A stretch of 64,000 nucleotides of DNA from an uncultured Actinomycetes bacterium (lineage in GTDB: Bacteria; SZUA-79; Acidulodesulfobacterales; Acidulodesulfobacteraceae). This document shows, one piece after another, positions 36,356 through 47,787 of this stretch. A program made the position numbers and the translations under genes. The DNA is taken from positions 32,001 to 96,000 of the forward strand of contig CAZVZU010000002.1 of NCBI GenBank assembly GCA_964631685.1, in the 5' to 3' direction. Under the pieces are notes generated by a model, which ran no database searches, was not told the DNA's origin, and saw only the letters and a program-made list of their open reading frames with translations. The first letter of the stretch is position 1; each line of letters starts with the position of its first letter.

Positions 36356-37660
36356 TTATTTATTCTTTGATGCTTTTTTTAGTAAAGAATCATAGTTCCG
36401 ATACAATAAATGAGACTGAATCTGAACTATTGTATCCATCGCCACGACAACTACTATCAGCAACCCTGTTCCGCCAAAATAAAACGGAACATGCAATTTG
36501 TCAATTAATATTGTCGGTAACAAACAAACTGCAGATACATACATAGCACCTATAAATGTAACCCTATTCAAAATTCTATCAATAAAACTTGCAGTAGACT
36601 TGCCTGGCTTAATGCCGGGGATATTACCACCATATTTCCGCAAATCATTCGCCACATCATCTACTTTAAAGGTAATTGCAGTATAAAAGTAACAGAAGAA
36701 GAATATTAATGCAACATACACAACGTTATAAGCAACACCGGTAGGATTTAAATAGCTTGAAACTCCCTCAAAAAAAGGCTGCTTAATAAAATTTGCGATA
36801 GTAGCCGGAAAAAGAAGTATTGACATCGCAAATATCGGCGGTATAACGCCCGGTGTATTTACCTTAATAGGCAGATAACTGCTTTTCCCAGAATATAGCT
36901 TTCTTCCAACCATTTTTTTAGCATATTGAATGGTTATCCTTCTCTGCGCTGATTCAACAAACACGATAAACCCGATAACAGCTATCATCATAGCTACAAT
37001 CAGGATTAATAACATTACATTAAGCTCTCCTGTTTGAACAATCTTGATTGTATTTATAAATGCTGCAGGTATTGCAGAAACAATTCCCGCAAATATTATA
37101 AGGGAAATACCGTTACCTATCCCATGTTCCGATATTTCCTCCCCTATCCACATAACAAAAACCGTACCAGCGGTAAGGGCAATTACGGATATAATCATAA
37201 AATTAAAACCTGGATGACCGACAACCGGTAACCCACTGGGACTTCTCATTATCTCTATACCGTAACTAATACCGATAGATTGAAAAAGTGCGAGAATAAC
37301 CGTCCCATACCTTATATACTGCGTAAACTTCTTTCTTCCCGCATCTCCACCCTCTTTTTGCAACACACCTAATGAAGGAATTACCATAGGTAGCATTTCA
37401 AATATGATAGCGGAACTTATATAAGGCATAATCCCCAAAGAAAAAATCGAGAATCTGGATAGTGCTCCACCAGTAAACATATTGAAAAGTCCAAACAGAT
37501 TACTGTTAGATGCGCTAAAAAATTGTGTTAATGCAACGGCATTAACACCAGGTGTAGTTATGTACACACCAATCCTAAACACTACAAACATCAAGAGCGT
37601 GTATAAAATACGCTTTCTCAATTCCGGAATTTTTCCTAAATTTTCAAAACTTTGCGCCAT
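36356..37660 (-). CDS. secY: Preprotein translocase subunit SecY
   Basis: SIFSLGIMPYIS, GIGNGISLIIF, GVIPPIFA and FGGTGLLI. Confidence 0.98.
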   Translation of the reverse strand: MAQSFENLGKIPELRKRILYTLLMFVVFRIGVYITTPGVNAVALTQFFSASNSNLFGLFNMFTGGALSRFSIFSLGIMPYISSAIIFEMLPMVIPSLGVLQKEGGDAGRKKFTQYIRYGTVILALFQSIGISYGIEIMRSPSGLPVVGHPGFNFMIISVIALTAGTVFVMWIGEEISEHGIGNGISLIIFAGIVSAIPAAFINTIKIVQTGELNVMLLILIVAMMIAVIGFIVFVESAQRRITIQYAKKMVGRKLYSGKSSYLPIKVNTPGVIPPIFAMSILLFPATIANFIKQPFFEGVSSYLNPTGVAYNVVYVALIFFFCYFYTAITFKVDDVANDLRKYGGNIPGIKPGKSTASFIDRILNRVTFIGAMYVSAVCLLPTILIDKLHVPFYFGGTGLLIVVVVAMDTIVQIQSHLLYRNYDSLLKKASKNK

Positions 37661-38094
37661 TATATTATTTTTACGATCCCTCCGTTACCTTCTATCTTTT
37701 CTCTTGCACTCTTTGAAATCTTATTGCAAACCACATTTAGTTTTAGTTTAAATTCTCCACTTCCTAATATTTTAAACTTTTTTTCTTTATTCTTAAGAAT
37801 ATTGTTCTGCTTCAATACATCAATATTGATTTCTTTATCTTCCATTTTCGCTAGGGTATCAAGATTAATAATTGCATATTGTTCCCTTGTTGGATTATTA
37901 AATCCCCTTTTAGGAACTCTTCTAATAAAAGGCATCTGTCCGCCTTCGAACCCAGGCCTCACGCCTCCGCCCGCTCTCGCATTCTGACCCTTGTTACCCC
38001 TTCCGGATGTTTGTCCATGTCCTGAACCGGAACCTCTACCTATCCGTTTCCTTTTTCTATTATTATGTTTCTCAAATCCGCTTAAACTTATCAT
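37660..38094 (-). CDS. rplO: 50S ribosomal protein L15
   Basis: RIGRGSGSGHG and GFEGGQMP. Confidence 0.97.
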   Translation of the reverse strand: MISLSGFEKHNNRKRKRIGRGSGSGHGQTSGRGNKGQNARAGGGVRPGFEGGQMPFIRRVPKRGFNNPTREQYAIINLDTLAKMEDKEINIDVLKQNNILKNKEKKFKILGSGEFKLKLNVVCNKISKSAREKIEGNGGIVKII

Positions 38095-38114
38095 TTGTTT
38101 ATAGCCCTCTATTG

Positions 38115-38609
38115 TTACGATAATGATTTATTTTTTCTTCTTTTGAGTAGCTCGCCTTTGAAATAAAATGAAGATATGCATTTTAATGTAGCATTAGCAA
38201 CATTGTGTGGATTTGACGAACCAATAGACTTTGCATAAACATTTTTGATGCCGGAAAGCTCAAATATAGCCCTCATCGCGCCCCCTGCTATTATGCCCGT
38301 ACCTTCAGGAGCCGGTTTCATAAACACGTACCCAGCGCCATCCTTACCATACTGCTCATGAGGAATAGTATTTTTATGAACCTTGACCCTTATCATATTC
38401 TTTTTAGCCCTTTCAGTACCCTTCCTTATTGCCTCCGGTACCTCTTTCGCTTTACCAAGCCCTACACCGACAAAATTAGCATCGGGATCACCCACTACAA
38501 CTAGCGCGGAAAATCCAAACCTTCTGCCCCCCTTAACAACCTTGGCTACTCTGGAAACATGGATAACTTTATCCTGAATATTTAAATCATCGACATCTAT
38601 TTTTTGCAA
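38115..38609 (-). CDS. rpsE: 30S ribosomal protein S5
   Basis: [12 protein letters not shown] and GTGIIAGG. Confidence 0.98.
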   Translation of the reverse strand: MQKIDVDDLNIQDKVIHVSRVAKVVKGGRRFGFSALVVVGDPDANFVGVGLGKAKEVPEAIRKGTERAKKNMIRVKVHKNTIPHEQYGKDGAGYVFMKPAPEGTGIIAGGAMRAIFELSGIKNVYAKSIGSSNPHNVANATLKCISSFYFKGELLKRRKNKSLS

Positions 38610-38618
38610 ATCACCCTC

Positions 38619-38975
38619 CTAAAAATTTAAACCGTTTTCTCTTGCGGCGCTAGCTAGAGCCGCAACCCTTCCATGATAAACATAGCCGTTTCTATCAAAT
38701 GCAACCTCGGTTATTGATTTCTGTAGACACAACTCAGCTATCTTAGCTCCCACAATTTTAGCAGCATCAACATTGCCTGCATGACCCTTTATCTCAGTCC
38801 TTAGCTCTTTTGAAAGCGACGATGCCTGTGCAAGAACCTCATTTTTGGGCGAAAAAACCTGCGCGTATACATTATTTAAACTCTTAAAAACGCATAATCT
38901 TGGTTTAACGCTATTCTTTAGAACCTTTTTAATATGCGCCTTTCTACGGAATCTCTGTTTAATTTTATTTCCCAT
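38619..38975 (-). CDS. rplR: 50S ribosomal protein L18
   Basis: PRLCVFKS and [12 protein letters not shown]. Confidence 0.97.
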   Translation of the reverse strand: MGNKIKQRFRRKAHIKKVLKNSVKPRLCVFKSLNNVYAQVFSPKNEVLAQASSLSKELRTEIKGHAGNVDAAKIVGAKIAELCLQKSITEVAFDRNGYVYHGRVAALASAARENGLNF

Positions 38976-39001
38976 GAAATATCCCTTGTTTTTATATTTG
39001 T

Positions 39002-39541
39002 TTATTTTCCTGAAGCCTTACCGACCTTTCTTTTTATAACTTCATTCGAATATTTGATACCCTTTCCCTTATAAGGCTCGGGCTTCCTTAATCCTCTAAT
39101 CCTTGAAGCAACAAATCCCACAAGCTCTTTATCAAAACCGGACACCTTCAGTAAAGTATTCTTTTCAACCTTAATCCCAATACCTTCTGGAATAGCAAAA
39201 TTAATTGGATGCGAGTAACCTAGGTTTAGCAACAAGTTCTTACCTTTTACCTCGGCCTTATATCCAACCCCTATTATCTCTAAGTCTTTAGCGAAACCAT
39301 CAACAACTCCAGTGACTGAATTTGCTATGATTGTTCTCGAAAGCCCTGTATATTTTTCAAAAGCGCTGTTACCGTCTTTTAAACCTACAGATAGGGTTGA
39401 ACCATCAATTTTCACTGTCACGCCCTCAGGCAGAACTTTTTTTAATTTCCCCAAAGGACCGGCACATATAAATAAATTATCCTTTATGTCTACCGTGACA
39501 TTTTTAGGAATCTCTACAGCCTTTTTACCTATTCTGGACAT
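39002..39541 (-). CDS. rplF: 50S ribosomal protein L6
   Basis: MSRIGK, LGYSHP and PEPYKGKGI. Confidence 0.98.
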   Translation of the reverse strand: MSRIGKKAVEIPKNVTVDIKDNLFICAGPLGKLKKVLPEGVTVKIDGSTLSVGLKDGNSAFEKYTGLSRTIIANSVTGVVDGFAKDLEIIGVGYKAEVKGKNLLLNLGYSHPINFAIPEGIGIKVEKNTLLKVSGFDKELVGFVASRIRGLRKPEPYKGKGIKYSNEVIKRKVGKASGK

Positions 39542-39579
39542 TTTATCTATACCCTTATTTAATTTTTTATATTCTTATA

Positions 39580-39978
39580 CTAAAAAACCTTCAATAGCGA
39601 CAATCCGCCAACATTTTTTTCTCTACACTCAACATCTGACAAAATCCCAACAGAAGTCGAAAATAGCTCCATGCCTAATCCGCTTTTGTACAACTTAATC
39701 TGCTTTACATTTTTATAAAACCTTAACCCGGGAGTACTTGTCGTCTTAATATCTATTATGGTCGGCTTCTCGCCTTCAAAATAGCTTAACCTTATTTTTA
39801 TATTTTTAAAAACGGTATTAACGATAGATTCTGTTTCATAGTCATCAATAAAACCTTCTCTTTTAAGAACCGCACATATATTCTCCTTTAAATTAGAGTG
39901 AGGCATGGCAACGGTCACTTTGCCTGCCTTATATGCATTTTTTATCCTTACAACCATATCAGATATTGGATATGTCAT
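39580..39978 (-). CDS. rpsH: 30S ribosomal protein S8
   Basis: PISDM..RIKNA, STPGLRFY and position in the spc operon. Confidence 0.95.
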   Translation of the reverse strand: MTYPISDMVVRIKNAYKAGKVTVAMPHSNLKENICAVLKREGFIDDYETESIVNTVFKNIKIRLSYFEGEKPTIIDIKTTSTPGLRFYKNVKQIKLYKSGLGMELFSTSVGILSDVECREKNVGGLSLLKVF

Positions 39979-40035
39979 ATTTTATTTATCCTCATTAAAT
40001 ACAATTAAAATAGAATAGATTAGAGCGAACTTCAG

Positions 40036-40221
40036 TTACCAACTGGATTTTGTAACTCCGGGTATAAGCCCATTGTTCGATAATGTTCTAAAACAGATTC
40101 TGCACATATCAAACTTCCGATAATACCCTCTGGGCCTTCCGCATATTGGACATCTATTGTATGCGCGAACCTTAAACTTAGGTTTTCTAGACGCCTTTAT
40201 AATCATAGACTTTTTTGCCAT
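40036..40221 (-). CDS. rpsZ: 30S ribosomal protein S14 type Z
   Basis: [13 protein letters not shown], 61 aa. Confidence 0.97.
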   Translation of the reverse strand: MAKKSMIIKASRKPKFKVRAYNRCPICGRPRGYYRKFDMCRICFRTLSNNGLIPGVTKSSW

Positions 40222-40233
40222 ATACCATGTCTC

Positions 40234-40776
40234 CTAATTTCTGAAAGGAAAATTAAACCCTTTTAAAAGCTTATATCCATCATCATTATTTTTTGCAGTT
40301 GTTACTATAGTTACATTCATTCCCTTAATCTTTTCAATTAGTTCATAGCTTATTTCGGGAAATATCACCTGCTCCTTAACCCCAAACGTATAGTTACCGA
40401 ATCCGTCAAAAGATCTTTTTGACATGCCCTTAAAATCTCTAACTCTTGGAAGTGAAATATTTATAAGCTTATCGAAAAAGTCATACATCCTTTCCTGCCT
40501 TAGCGTGACAAAACATCCAATCTCCTGATTCTCTCTTAGCTTGAAAGCTGCGATAGACTTTTTGGCCTTTGCAACAACAGGCTTTTGACCCGATATTTTA
40601 GCAAGTTCAGACATAGATTGCTCAATAATTTTGGAATTCGATGTTGCTTCTCCTAGACCCATATTTATAACAATTTTGGACAACTTAGGTATTTGATGTA
40701 CATTCTTATACCCAGTCTCCTTGATTAATTTGGGAATAACATCACTTTTATAATAATCTTTATATCTCGAACCCAC
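40234..40776 (-). CDS. rplE: 50S ribosomal protein L5
   Basis: KIVINMGLG, LPRVRDF and FDGFGNY. GTG 40776 follows GGAGG. Confidence 0.97.
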   Translation of the reverse strand: MGSRYKDYYKSDVIPKLIKETGYKNVHQIPKLSKIVINMGLGEATSNSKIIEQSMSELAKISGQKPVVAKAKKSIAAFKLRENQEIGCFVTLRQERMYDFFDKLINISLPRVRDFKGMSKRSFDGFGNYTFGVKEQVIFPEISYELIEKIKGMNVTIVTTAKNNDDGYKLLKGFNFPFRN

Positions 40777-40792
40777 TTTAAATCCTCCAGAA

Positions 40793-41113
40793 TTAAACTT
40801 CAGAACCGCACTTCTTGCAAATTCTAATCTTCTTTTTATCGTTATTTTCATCAACTTTCAAGGAAAACCTGACAGCCTTTTTACATTTAGAACAATAAAG
40901 CCCCACATTGGAGATATTAATACTCGCTTCCTTGTCTATTATGCCGCCCGGCTCTTGAGAGCTTCTAGGCTTCATGTGCCTCTTAATCATATTGATCTTT
41001 TCGACGTAAACCCTATTAGTAATCTTATTAATGCGAATAATCTTACCGATTTTATTTTTTTCTTTTCCTGCCAAAACCATTACATTATCATTCTTTTTTA
41101 ATCGTATAGTCAT
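40793..41113 (-). CDS. rplX: 50S ribosomal protein L24
   Basis: KKND.V.VLAGKEK and GGIIDKEASI. Confidence 0.96.
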   Translation of the reverse strand: MTIRLKKNDNVMVLAGKEKNKIGKIIRINKITNRVYVEKINMIKRHMKPRSSQEPGGIIDKEASINISNVGLYCSKCKKAVRFSLKVDENNDKKKIRICKKCGSEV

Positions 41114-41114
41114 A

Positions 41115-41483
41115 TTATAAAACCTCTGGCGCTAATGAGATAATCCTCATAAATTTTTTTGCTCTTAATTCTCTTGCAACCGGCCCAAAGATACGGGTGC
41201 CTATTGGCTCATTCTGCGCGTTTATTAAAACTGCGGAATTATTATCAAACCTTATATACCCCCCATCGGAACGCTTTATTTCCTTTACGGTTCTTACAAT
41301 AACCGCTTTCACGACATCACCCTTTTTAACCTTAGAATTAGGGATCGCCTCTTTTATAGAAACGACTATTGTGTCGCCGATTCCAGCGTACCTGCGCTTT
41401 GATCCGCCTAAAACTTTAATACACATAAGCTTTTTCGCTCCCGAATTATCGGCAGACCTCAATACTGTTTGCATCTGAACCAT
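41115..41483 (-). CDS. rplN: 50S ribosomal protein L14
   Basis: ADNSGAK and [13 protein letters not shown]. Confidence 0.98.
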   Translation of the reverse strand: MVQMQTVLRSADNSGAKKLMCIKVLGGSKRRYAGIGDTIVVSIKEAIPNSKVKKGDVVKAVIVRTVKEIKRSDGGYIRFDNNSAVLINAQNEPIGTRIFGPVARELRAKKFMRIISLAPEVL

Positions 41484-41499
41484 TATTACAATCCCTCTT

Positions 41500-41754
41500 C
41501 TAATTTATCTTAACATGTTTATTATCGAGAACCTTTTTAAGATTCCATCTTTTATCCTTAGATAACGGACGTGTTTCAATGAACATAACCCTATCCCCTA
41601 CCTTTGCAATATTGTTTTCATCATGAATCTTAAATTTCTTACTCTTTTTTATATATTTCTTATACAACGGATGTTTCACAATATTAGAGACGACGGCCAC
41701 GACCGTCTTGTCCATTTTATCGGAGGTCACAAGTCCAACATAATTTCTTTTCAT
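41500..41754 (-). CDS. rpsQ: 30S ribosomal protein S17
   Basis: SDKMDKTVV and [11 protein letters not shown]. Confidence 0.97.
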   Translation of the reverse strand: MKRNYVGLVTSDKMDKTVVAVVSNIVKHPLYKKYIKKSKKFKIHDENNIAKVGDRVMFIETRPLSKDKRWNLKKVLDNKHVKIN

Positions 41755-41756
41755 AA

Positions 41757-41948
41757 CTACTCCCCCCCTCTCTGATTTAAGATCGTTTTTATCTGAGCAA
41801 TATATCTTCTCACTGACCTTATCCTTTTGGGGTTTTCCAAAGCACCCAAAGACTTCTGTACAGTCAGGTTAAAAATTTCTTTCTCAAAATCGGCTTTTTT
41901 AAGTAGCAATTCACTGCCATTCATTGCTTTTAGTTCGTTATATTTCAT
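41757..41948 (-). CDS. rpmC: 50S ribosomal protein L29
   Basis: [19 protein letters not shown] and operon position. Confidence 0.95.
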   Translation of the reverse strand: MKYNELKAMNGSELLLKKADFEKEIFNLTVQKSLGALENPKRIRSVRRYIAQIKTILNQRGGE

Positions 41949-41951
41949 ATA

Positions 41952-42365
41952 TTAAAACTCTCCTCTTTCCGTAAACATAGTCTTAAGCGGCAATTTATAA
42001 GATGCCAATCTCATAGCCTCACGAGCAACATCCTTAGATATGCCCTCCATCTCATATAAAACTAATCCCGGCCTAACAACGCACACCCACTCCTCAACAC
42101 TACCCTTACCTTTTCCCATTCTAGTTTCTGCGGGTTTTTTAGTGATAGGTTTATCAGGAAAAATTCTTATCCAGATTTTGCCACCTCTTTTAACAAATCT
42201 TGTCATCGCAATTCTGGCAGCTTCAATCTGTCTGGACGTAATATATCCACATTCTATAGCTTTAAGCCCAAAATCTCCGAAGGCTAGAGTATTCCCTCTA
42301 GTAGCTTTTCCTTTCATCCTTCCCTTCATTTGTTTTCTATGCTTAGTTTTAGCCGGCATTAACAT
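41952..42365 (-). CDS. rplP: 50S ribosomal protein L16
   Basis: RQIEAARIA and ETRMGKGKG. Confidence 0.98.
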   Translation of the reverse strand: MLMPAKTKHRKQMKGRMKGKATRGNTLAFGDFGLKAIECGYITSRQIEAARIAMTRFVKRGGKIWIRIFPDKPITKKPAETRMGKGKGSVEEWVCVVRPGLVLYEMEGISKDVAREAMRLASYKLPLKTMFTERGEF

Positions 42366-42428
42366 ATTTTTCGTTCCTTATTTATTATATTTATATCCTC
42401 ACATGCATTAATAAAACGAGGATTTACA

Positions 42429-43064
42429 TTAAAGAATATCTCCCTTGTATACCCATACTTTAATACCTATTTTCCCGTATGTTGTATTGGCCTCAGCCGT
42501 ACCATAATCAATGTTGGCCCTGATAGTATGCAAAGGAACCCTGCCCTCACGATACCATTCCGATCTTGCAATTTCAGCGCCGGCAAGCCTACCCGCGCAA
42601 TTTATTTTAATCCCCTTTGCACCACTTCTTAGTGCCATTGATACGCTCTTTTTCATCGCTCTTTTGAAAGCAATTCTTTTTTCTAATTGAAAAGCTATCC
42701 TTTCCGCTACCAAGGTAGAATCAATCTCGGACTTTTTAACCTCTATAACATTAATATTTATGTCCTTAATTTTAATTTTTACAAGCTTCGCTATCTCAAT
42801 CTTTAAATTTTCAAACTCGGACGCGCCCTTTTTTCCATAAACCATCCCAGGCCTTCCTGTATGTATATCTACTATTAACTTTTCAGTCTTTCTGCTAACA
42901 TAAATCTTGGATATACCTGCCTGATATAGCTTCTTTTTTAAAAACTTTCTAATCTTTAAATCCTCGTGTAAAAAAGTTGCATAGTTGCGATCGCTATACC
43001 ATATAGAACTCCATGACTGATTTATGCCTAATCTAAATCCGATTGGATTTACCTTCTGCCCCAA
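42429..43064 (-). CDS. rpsC: 30S ribosomal protein S3
   Basis: [22 protein letters not shown] and GRVPLHT. Confidence 0.98.
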   Translation of the reverse strand: MGQKVNPIGFRLGINQSWSSIWYSDRNYATFLHEDLKIRKFLKKKLYQAGISKIYVSRKTEKLIVDIHTGRPGMVYGKKGASEFENLKIEIAKLVKIKIKDININVIEVKKSEIDSTLVAERIAFQLEKRIAFKRAMKKSVSMALRSGAKGIKINCAGRLAGAEIARSEWYREGRVPLHTIRANIDYGTAEANTTYGKIGIKVWVYKGDIL

Positions 43065-43079
43065 AATAAACCTCCAACT

Positions 43080-43412
43080 TTAAATTTCTGCAAGAACTAT
43101 TTTAATGTTACACGAACGTTTCTTAATGGTGGCCCCTCTTCCCATTGCCTTCGGCATAAGCCTCTTCAAGGAAAACGACATATCTACACTAATCTTAGAA
43201 ACAATAAGATTATCGATAGCGACCATTCCCGTAAGGGATGCATTAGCCAATGCAGACTTCAAGAGCTTATGCACAGGAGCTGAAGATTTCTTCTTTGTAA
43301 ATTTTAGTATATTGACAGCCTCATAGACCTTCTTTCCCCGGATCATATCAATCACTAGCCTAGCCTTCTGAGGAGAAACCTTAATATATTTTGCTTCAGC
43401 TTTAAACTCCAT
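43080..43412 (-). CDS. rplV: 50S ribosomal protein L22
   Basis: SPQKARLV.D.IRGK and SALANA. Confidence 0.97.
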   Translation of the reverse strand: MEFKAEAKYIKVSPQKARLVIDMIRGKKVYEAVNILKFTKKKSSAPVHKLLKSALANASLTGMVAIDNLIVSKISVDMSFSLKRLMPKAMGRGATIKKRSCNIKIVLAEI

Positions 43413-43432
43413 ACCTTTTAACCCCTTTATAT

Positions 43433-43735
43433 TTATTTTGCGACAGAACGACCGCCAGATTTAACTTTAGCCTTCCTATCCCCTGCATGCATGGTAAATG
43501 TCCTAGTTGGTGAAAATTCGCCTAACTTGTGTCCAACCATATTCTCGCTTACAAAAACGGGAATGAATTTTTTACCGTTATACACGGCAAACGTAAATCC
43601 TACCATAGAGGGTAAAATGGTTGACCTCCTAGACCAAGTTTTTATGATTTTTTTATCATTGGCCGCAAACGCTTTTTCCACCTTTTTTGTAAGCGATTCA
43701 TCCGTAAAAGGACCCTTTTTAATAGATCTAGCCAA
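43433..43735 (-). CDS. rpsS: 30S ribosomal protein S19
   Basis: [16 protein letters not shown] and [14 protein letters not shown] 43735 is the likely start. Confidence 0.97.
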   Translation of the reverse strand: MARSIKKGPFTDESLTKKVEKAFAANDKKIIKTWSRRSTILPSMVGFTFAVYNGKKFIPVFVSENMVGHKLGEFSPTRTFTMHAGDRKAKVKSGGRSVAK

Positions 43736-43758
43736 AATCAAACTCCCCTTTAATAATT

Positions 43759-44586
43759 TTATTTAACCTTTCTTCTCGATATAATATATTTTGATGTTCT
43801 TTTATTCTTTCTTGTCTTAAAGCCTTTAGTTGGAACTCCCCAAGGTGTAACAGGATGACGCCCACCCGAAGTCTTTCCTTCTCCACCACCGTGCGGATGA
43901 TCTACGGGATTCATAGCAACGCCCCTGACTGTTGGCCTAATACCAAGCCACCTAGACCGACCTGCCTTTCCAATACTTATATTTTCATGATCAATATTTC
44001 CAATCTGACCTATTGTAGCACGACATCCTTCAAGAACCCGCCTAAACTCTCCGGAAGGCATTTTAATCTGAACATAACCGTCACTTTTTCCTTGAAGCTC
44101 AGCGTAAGTGCCAGCGCTCCTCGCAAGCTTCCCCCCTGCATTCGGTTTCAATTCTATATTGTGAATCATTGTGCCAACGGGAATATTACTCAACGGAAGA
44201 CAATTTCCACGCTGTATGTCAGCATCATCCGATGACATAACATTATCACCCTGCTTTAAACCATGCGGACATAGTATATACTTCTTTTCGCCGTCTATAT
44301 AGCTTAAAAGTGCAATCCTTGCGGACCTTATCGGATCATACTCTATCTCTATAACGCGAGCCGGAATATTCCTCTTATCTCGCTTGAAATCAATAATCCT
44401 ATATCTTTTCTTATGTCCACCACCCTTATGCCTGGTTGTTATCCTACCGTTATTATTTCTTCCGGCCTTTCTCTTGTATCCGGACAATAATTTCTTTTCA
44501 GGAAAATCCCGCGTAATTTCAGAAAAATCCGATACGCTCTGAAACCTTCTCCCGCTAGACGTTGGTTTATATTTTTTTAATTGCAT
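43759..44586 (-). CDS. rplB: 50S ribosomal protein L2
   Basis: [16 protein letters not shown] and [13 protein letters not shown]. Confidence 0.98.
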   Translation of the reverse strand: MQLKKYKPTSSGRRFQSVSDFSEITRDFPEKKLLSGYKRKAGRNNNGRITTRHKGGGHKKRYRIIDFKRDKRNIPARVIEIEYDPIRSARIALLSYIDGEKKYILCPHGLKQGDNVMSSDDADIQRGNCLPLSNIPVGTMIHNIELKPNAGGKLARSAGTYAELQGKSDGYVQIKMPSGEFRRVLEGCRATIGQIGNIDHENISIGKAGRSRWLGIRPTVRGVAMNPVDHPHGGGEGKTSGGRHPVTPWGVPTKGFKTRKNKRTSKYIISRRKVK

Positions 44587-44602
44587 CCTTATTATCTCCT
44601 GA

Positions 44603-44890
44603 TTAAGCCTCTAAAGCAGAAATCCTTTGGCCGTCTTTAAGTTTAACATAAGCCTTTTTAAGATTTGGTAATTTACCTACATGCTTCCCTACGCGTCTAA
44701 ATTTACCCCTATTAATTAAGGTATTAACGCTCTCAACCTTAACATTGAAATATTTCTCCATCATGTCTTTAATCTCTTTTTTGTTCGCCTTCTTATTTAC
44801 ACTAAAGACATAAGTATTGTTTATCTCTCTTAATTTTAAACTCTTCTCTGACAACAACGCTTTTTCTAATGCAGTGTATATCTCTTTCAT
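44603..44890 (-). CDS. rplW: 50S ribosomal protein L23
   Basis: [12 protein letters not shown] and KKAYVKL. Confidence 0.96.
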   Translation of the reverse strand: MKEIYTALEKALLSEKSLKLREINNTYVFSVNKKANKKEIKDMMEKYFNVKVESVNTLINRGKFRRVGKHVGKLPNLKKAYVKLKDGQRISALEA

Positions 44891-45522
44891 ATCGCAAGAT
44901 TCCTCTCTAATTCTTCATTGGCTTTTACGCTAATTAGTATTTTCTCATATTTAAGTAAATCTATAATACTGATATTATTAACATTGGTTGCCTTAAAGTT
45001 GACAAGATTTCTGGTTGACATTACAATTTTATCGCCGGAGTCAGAAGATGGCAATATAATTAGTCCTTTTTTAATCGCCAGCTTATCGAAAAACGAAACC
45101 ATTGCCTTAGTCTTAATCTCAGGAAGTTCAAAATCCTCAATAAAAATAAGGTGACCCTCTTTATGAAGATATGAGAACGCAGATTTCATCGCTGCCTTCC
45201 TCGCCTTCTTTGGCATATCTTTTTTATAATTCTTTTCACTTTTTGGACCAAAAACAGTACCGCCACCTTTCCACAAAGGAGATCTTATTGAACCTGCCCT
45301 GGCTCTTCCCGTTCCTTTCTGCTTCCATGGTTTAACACCACCGCCCGATACAACCTTTCTGTTTTTAGTAGAAGCGGTGCTAAGCCGTTTATTAGCTAAT
45401 GTTAATAAAACATATTCCTTTATTAACACCTCTTTAACGGGATATGAATAGACAACCTCGTTTAAGTCAACAACTCCTACATTTTCATTGTTTTTGTTTA
45501 CAACATTCACATTATCAGACAT
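44887..45522 (-). CDS. rplD: 50S ribosomal protein L4
   Basis: KPWKQKGTGRARAGS and GGGTVFGP. Confidence 0.98.
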   Translation of the reverse strand: MSDNVNVVNKNNENVGVVDLNEVVYSYPVKEVLIKEYVLLTLANKRLSTASTKNRKVVSGGGVKPWKQKGTGRARAGSIRSPLWKGGGTVFGPKSEKNYKKDMPKKARKAAMKSAFSYLHKEGHLIFIEDFELPEIKTKAMVSFFDKLAIKKGLIILPSSDSGDKIVMSTRNLVNFKATNVNNISIIDLLKYEKILISVKANEELERNLAI

Positions 45523-45560
45523 TATAAATCCTTATTTTTATCCCATGCCCTAAGCAGGGT

Positions 45561-46208
45561 TTACTTATTTAATTTTCTTCCTGACTTATCCGCCGCATAT
45601 ATATGTAAAATACCGTTATTAGCACCCGGGACGGGTCCTTTTACAAACAGAAGATTTTCATCAAGATCTACCTTAATAACCTTCAAATTTAATACGGTAT
45701 GTTTATTTGCTCCCATATGACCAGGCATTTTCATTCCTTTAAATACCTTCGATGGATACGACGACTGGCCTATAGAACCTGGCGCTCTATGAAACATCGA
45801 ACCGTGAGTAGCCTTACCTCCGGAAAAACCCCATCTTTTTACAACACCTTGAAAACCCTTTCCCTTAGTAACACCACTAATGGAAACAGATTTTACCTCA
45901 CTAAAAATAGATACGTCTATCACGCTACCTATCTTGACAGCATCAACATCAGTATCTCTGAATTCCTTTAATATTTTCAAAGGCGATATATTATGTTTAG
46001 TAAATTTGCCAAGAATAGGCTTTTTCACCCTATAAGATTTTACTTCTTCAAATCCTAGTTGTACAGCACTGTACCCGTCGGTCTGTCCATTTTTTTTTGT
46101 TACTACGGTGCAAGGTCCAGCCTTAATAACAGTAACAGGCACTACCATTCCGTTCTCATTAAACAGCTGAGTCATTCCAATCTTTTTTCCAATCAATGCT
46201 TTTATCAT
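45561..46208 (-). CDS. rplC: 50S ribosomal protein L3
   Basis: GKKIGMTQ, KGKGFQG and HRAPGSIG. Confidence 0.98.
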   Translation of the reverse strand: MIKALIGKKIGMTQLFNENGMVVPVTVIKAGPCTVVTKKNGQTDGYSAVQLGFEEVKSYRVKKPILGKFTKHNISPLKILKEFRDTDVDAVKIGSVIDVSIFSEVKSVSISGVTKGKGFQGVVKRWGFSGGKATHGSMFHRAPGSIGQSSYPSKVFKGMKMPGHMGANKHTVLNLKVIKVDLDENLLFVKGPVPGANNGILHIYAADKSGRKLNK

Positions 46209-46229
46209 AAATAAGGCTCCAACCTTTTA

Positions 46230-46541
46230 TTAAATCTGCTTAATATCTACATCAATACCTGACGAAAGATCTAATTTCATTAGTGCATCAATAGTAGCTT
46301 GATTTGGCTCTAATAAGTCAATAATTCTTTTATGAGTTCTAATCTCAAATTCCTCTCTAGATTTCTTATCTACATGAGGTGATCTCAATACACAATATTT
46401 ATTAATTTTAGTAGGCAGAGGTATCGGACCGGTAACCTTAGAGCCGGTGCGTTTTGCCGTTTCGACAATTTCTAGAACTGACTGGTCCAATAATCTGTGA
46501 TCGTAAGCTTTAAGCCTGATTCTTATCTTTTGAATATCCAT
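46230..46541 (-). CDS. rpsJ: 30S ribosomal protein S10
   Basis: [17 protein letters not shown] and [11 protein letters not shown]. Confidence 0.98.
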   Translation of the reverse strand: MDIQKIRIRLKAYDHRLLDQSVLEIVETAKRTGSKVTGPIPLPTKINKYCVLRSPHVDKKSREEFEIRTHKRIIDLLEPNQATIDALMKLDLSSGIDVDIKQI

Positions 46542-46543
46542 AA

Positions 46544-47594
46544 ATTATTTTCTCTTACCCCTTTTTTCTATTTTACTTACTCTATAACCTCGGTTACGAC
46601 TCCGGCGCCCACGGTGTGTCCGCCTTCTCTGATAGCAAATCTTAATTCCTTTTCTGCGGCTATCGGGGTAATAAGCTCAACCCTCATTGAGACATTATCT
46701 CCCGGCATCACCATTTCAATACCTTCCGGCAGGGTGCAAACCCCGGTAACGTCAGTAGTTCTAAAATAGAACTGAGGACGATAACCGTTAAAGAACGGGG
46801 TGTGGCGACCACCTTCCTCTTTGGTAAGAATATACGCTTCAATCTTAAATCTCTTATGAGGAGTTATTGAACCGGGTTTTGCTAATACCATGCCGCGTTC
46901 AACCTCTTCGCGTTTTTTACCCCTTAAAAGTATGCCGACGTTGTCGCCTGCCTGACCTTCGTCTAAGAGTTTTCTAAACATTTCTACGCCTGTCACGACA
47001 GTCTTAGATGTCTCTCGCATTCCCACGAGTTCAACCTCATCTCCAACCTTTATTATTCCCCTTTCTACTCTGCCCGTTGCAACGGTTCCTCTTCCGGATA
47101 TGGAAAACACATCTTCAACCGGCATAAGGAATGGTCTGTCAATATCCCTTTTAGGAACCGGAATATATTTATCTACTGCATCCATGAGATCGACTATTTT
47201 CTGAGTCCATTCATTGTCAGATTCTGCCTCAAGGGCTTTAAGAGCCGAACCCTGTATTACAGGAACATCATCTCCTGGAAAATTATAAGACGTAAGCAGC
47301 TCCCTTACCTCGAGTTCTACAAGCTCAAGAAGCTCAGGATCATCTACCATATCAACCTTATTCAAAAATACCACTATGTAGGGAACGCCAACCTGGCGAG
47401 CCAAAAGTATATGCTCTCTGGTCTGAGGCATTGGTCCGTCGGCAGCCGAAACAACAAGTATTGCTCCATCCATTTGAGCTGCGCCGGTAATCATATTCTT
47501 AACATAATCGGCATGACCAGGGCAATCGACATGTGCATAGTGTCTTTTATCCGTAGTATACTCAACATGAGATGTCGCTATCGTAATGCCCCTT
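46544..47594. repeat. Direct repeat copy 1 (tuf plus 33 nt of 3' spacer); matches 62950-64000
   Basis: Identical translation, and identical nucleotides wherever compared by eye (offset 16406). Confidence 0.9.
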
Positions 47595-47767
47595 TCTTTT
47601 TCTTCTGGAGCGTTATCTATTTGATCGTAAGATTTAAACAAAGCGCCGCCCTTTCTTGCAAGAACCTTGGTTATTGCAGCAGTTAGCGTAGTCTTGCCAT
47701 GGTCAACATGACCTATTGTGCCTATATTGACATGTGGTTTCGATCTGTCAAATTTCTCTTTGGACAT
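46577..47767 (-). CDS. tuf: Elongation factor Tu (copy downstream of fusA)
   Basis: [17 protein letters not shown] and NKVD; 396 aa. Confidence 0.99.
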   Translation of the reverse strand: MSKEKFDRSKPHVNIGTIGHVDHGKTTLTAAITKVLARKGGALFKSYDQIDNAPEEKERGITIATSHVEYTTDKRHYAHVDCPGHADYVKNMITGAAQMDGAILVVSAADGPMPQTREHILLARQVGVPYIVVFLNKVDMVDDPELLELVELEVRELLTSYNFPGDDVPVIQGSALKALEAESDNEWTQKIVDLMDAVDKYIPVPKRDIDRPFLMPVEDVFSISGRGTVATGRVERGIIKVGDEVELVGMRETSKTVVTGVEMFRKLLDEGQAGDNVGILLRGKKREEVERGMVLAKPGSITPHKRFKIEAYILTKEEGGRHTPFFNGYRPQFYFRTTDVTGVCTLPEGIEMVMPGDNVSMRVELITPIAAEKELRFAIREGGHTVGAGVVTEVIE

Positions 47768-47787
47768 CTAATCCTCCTACGTAATAT

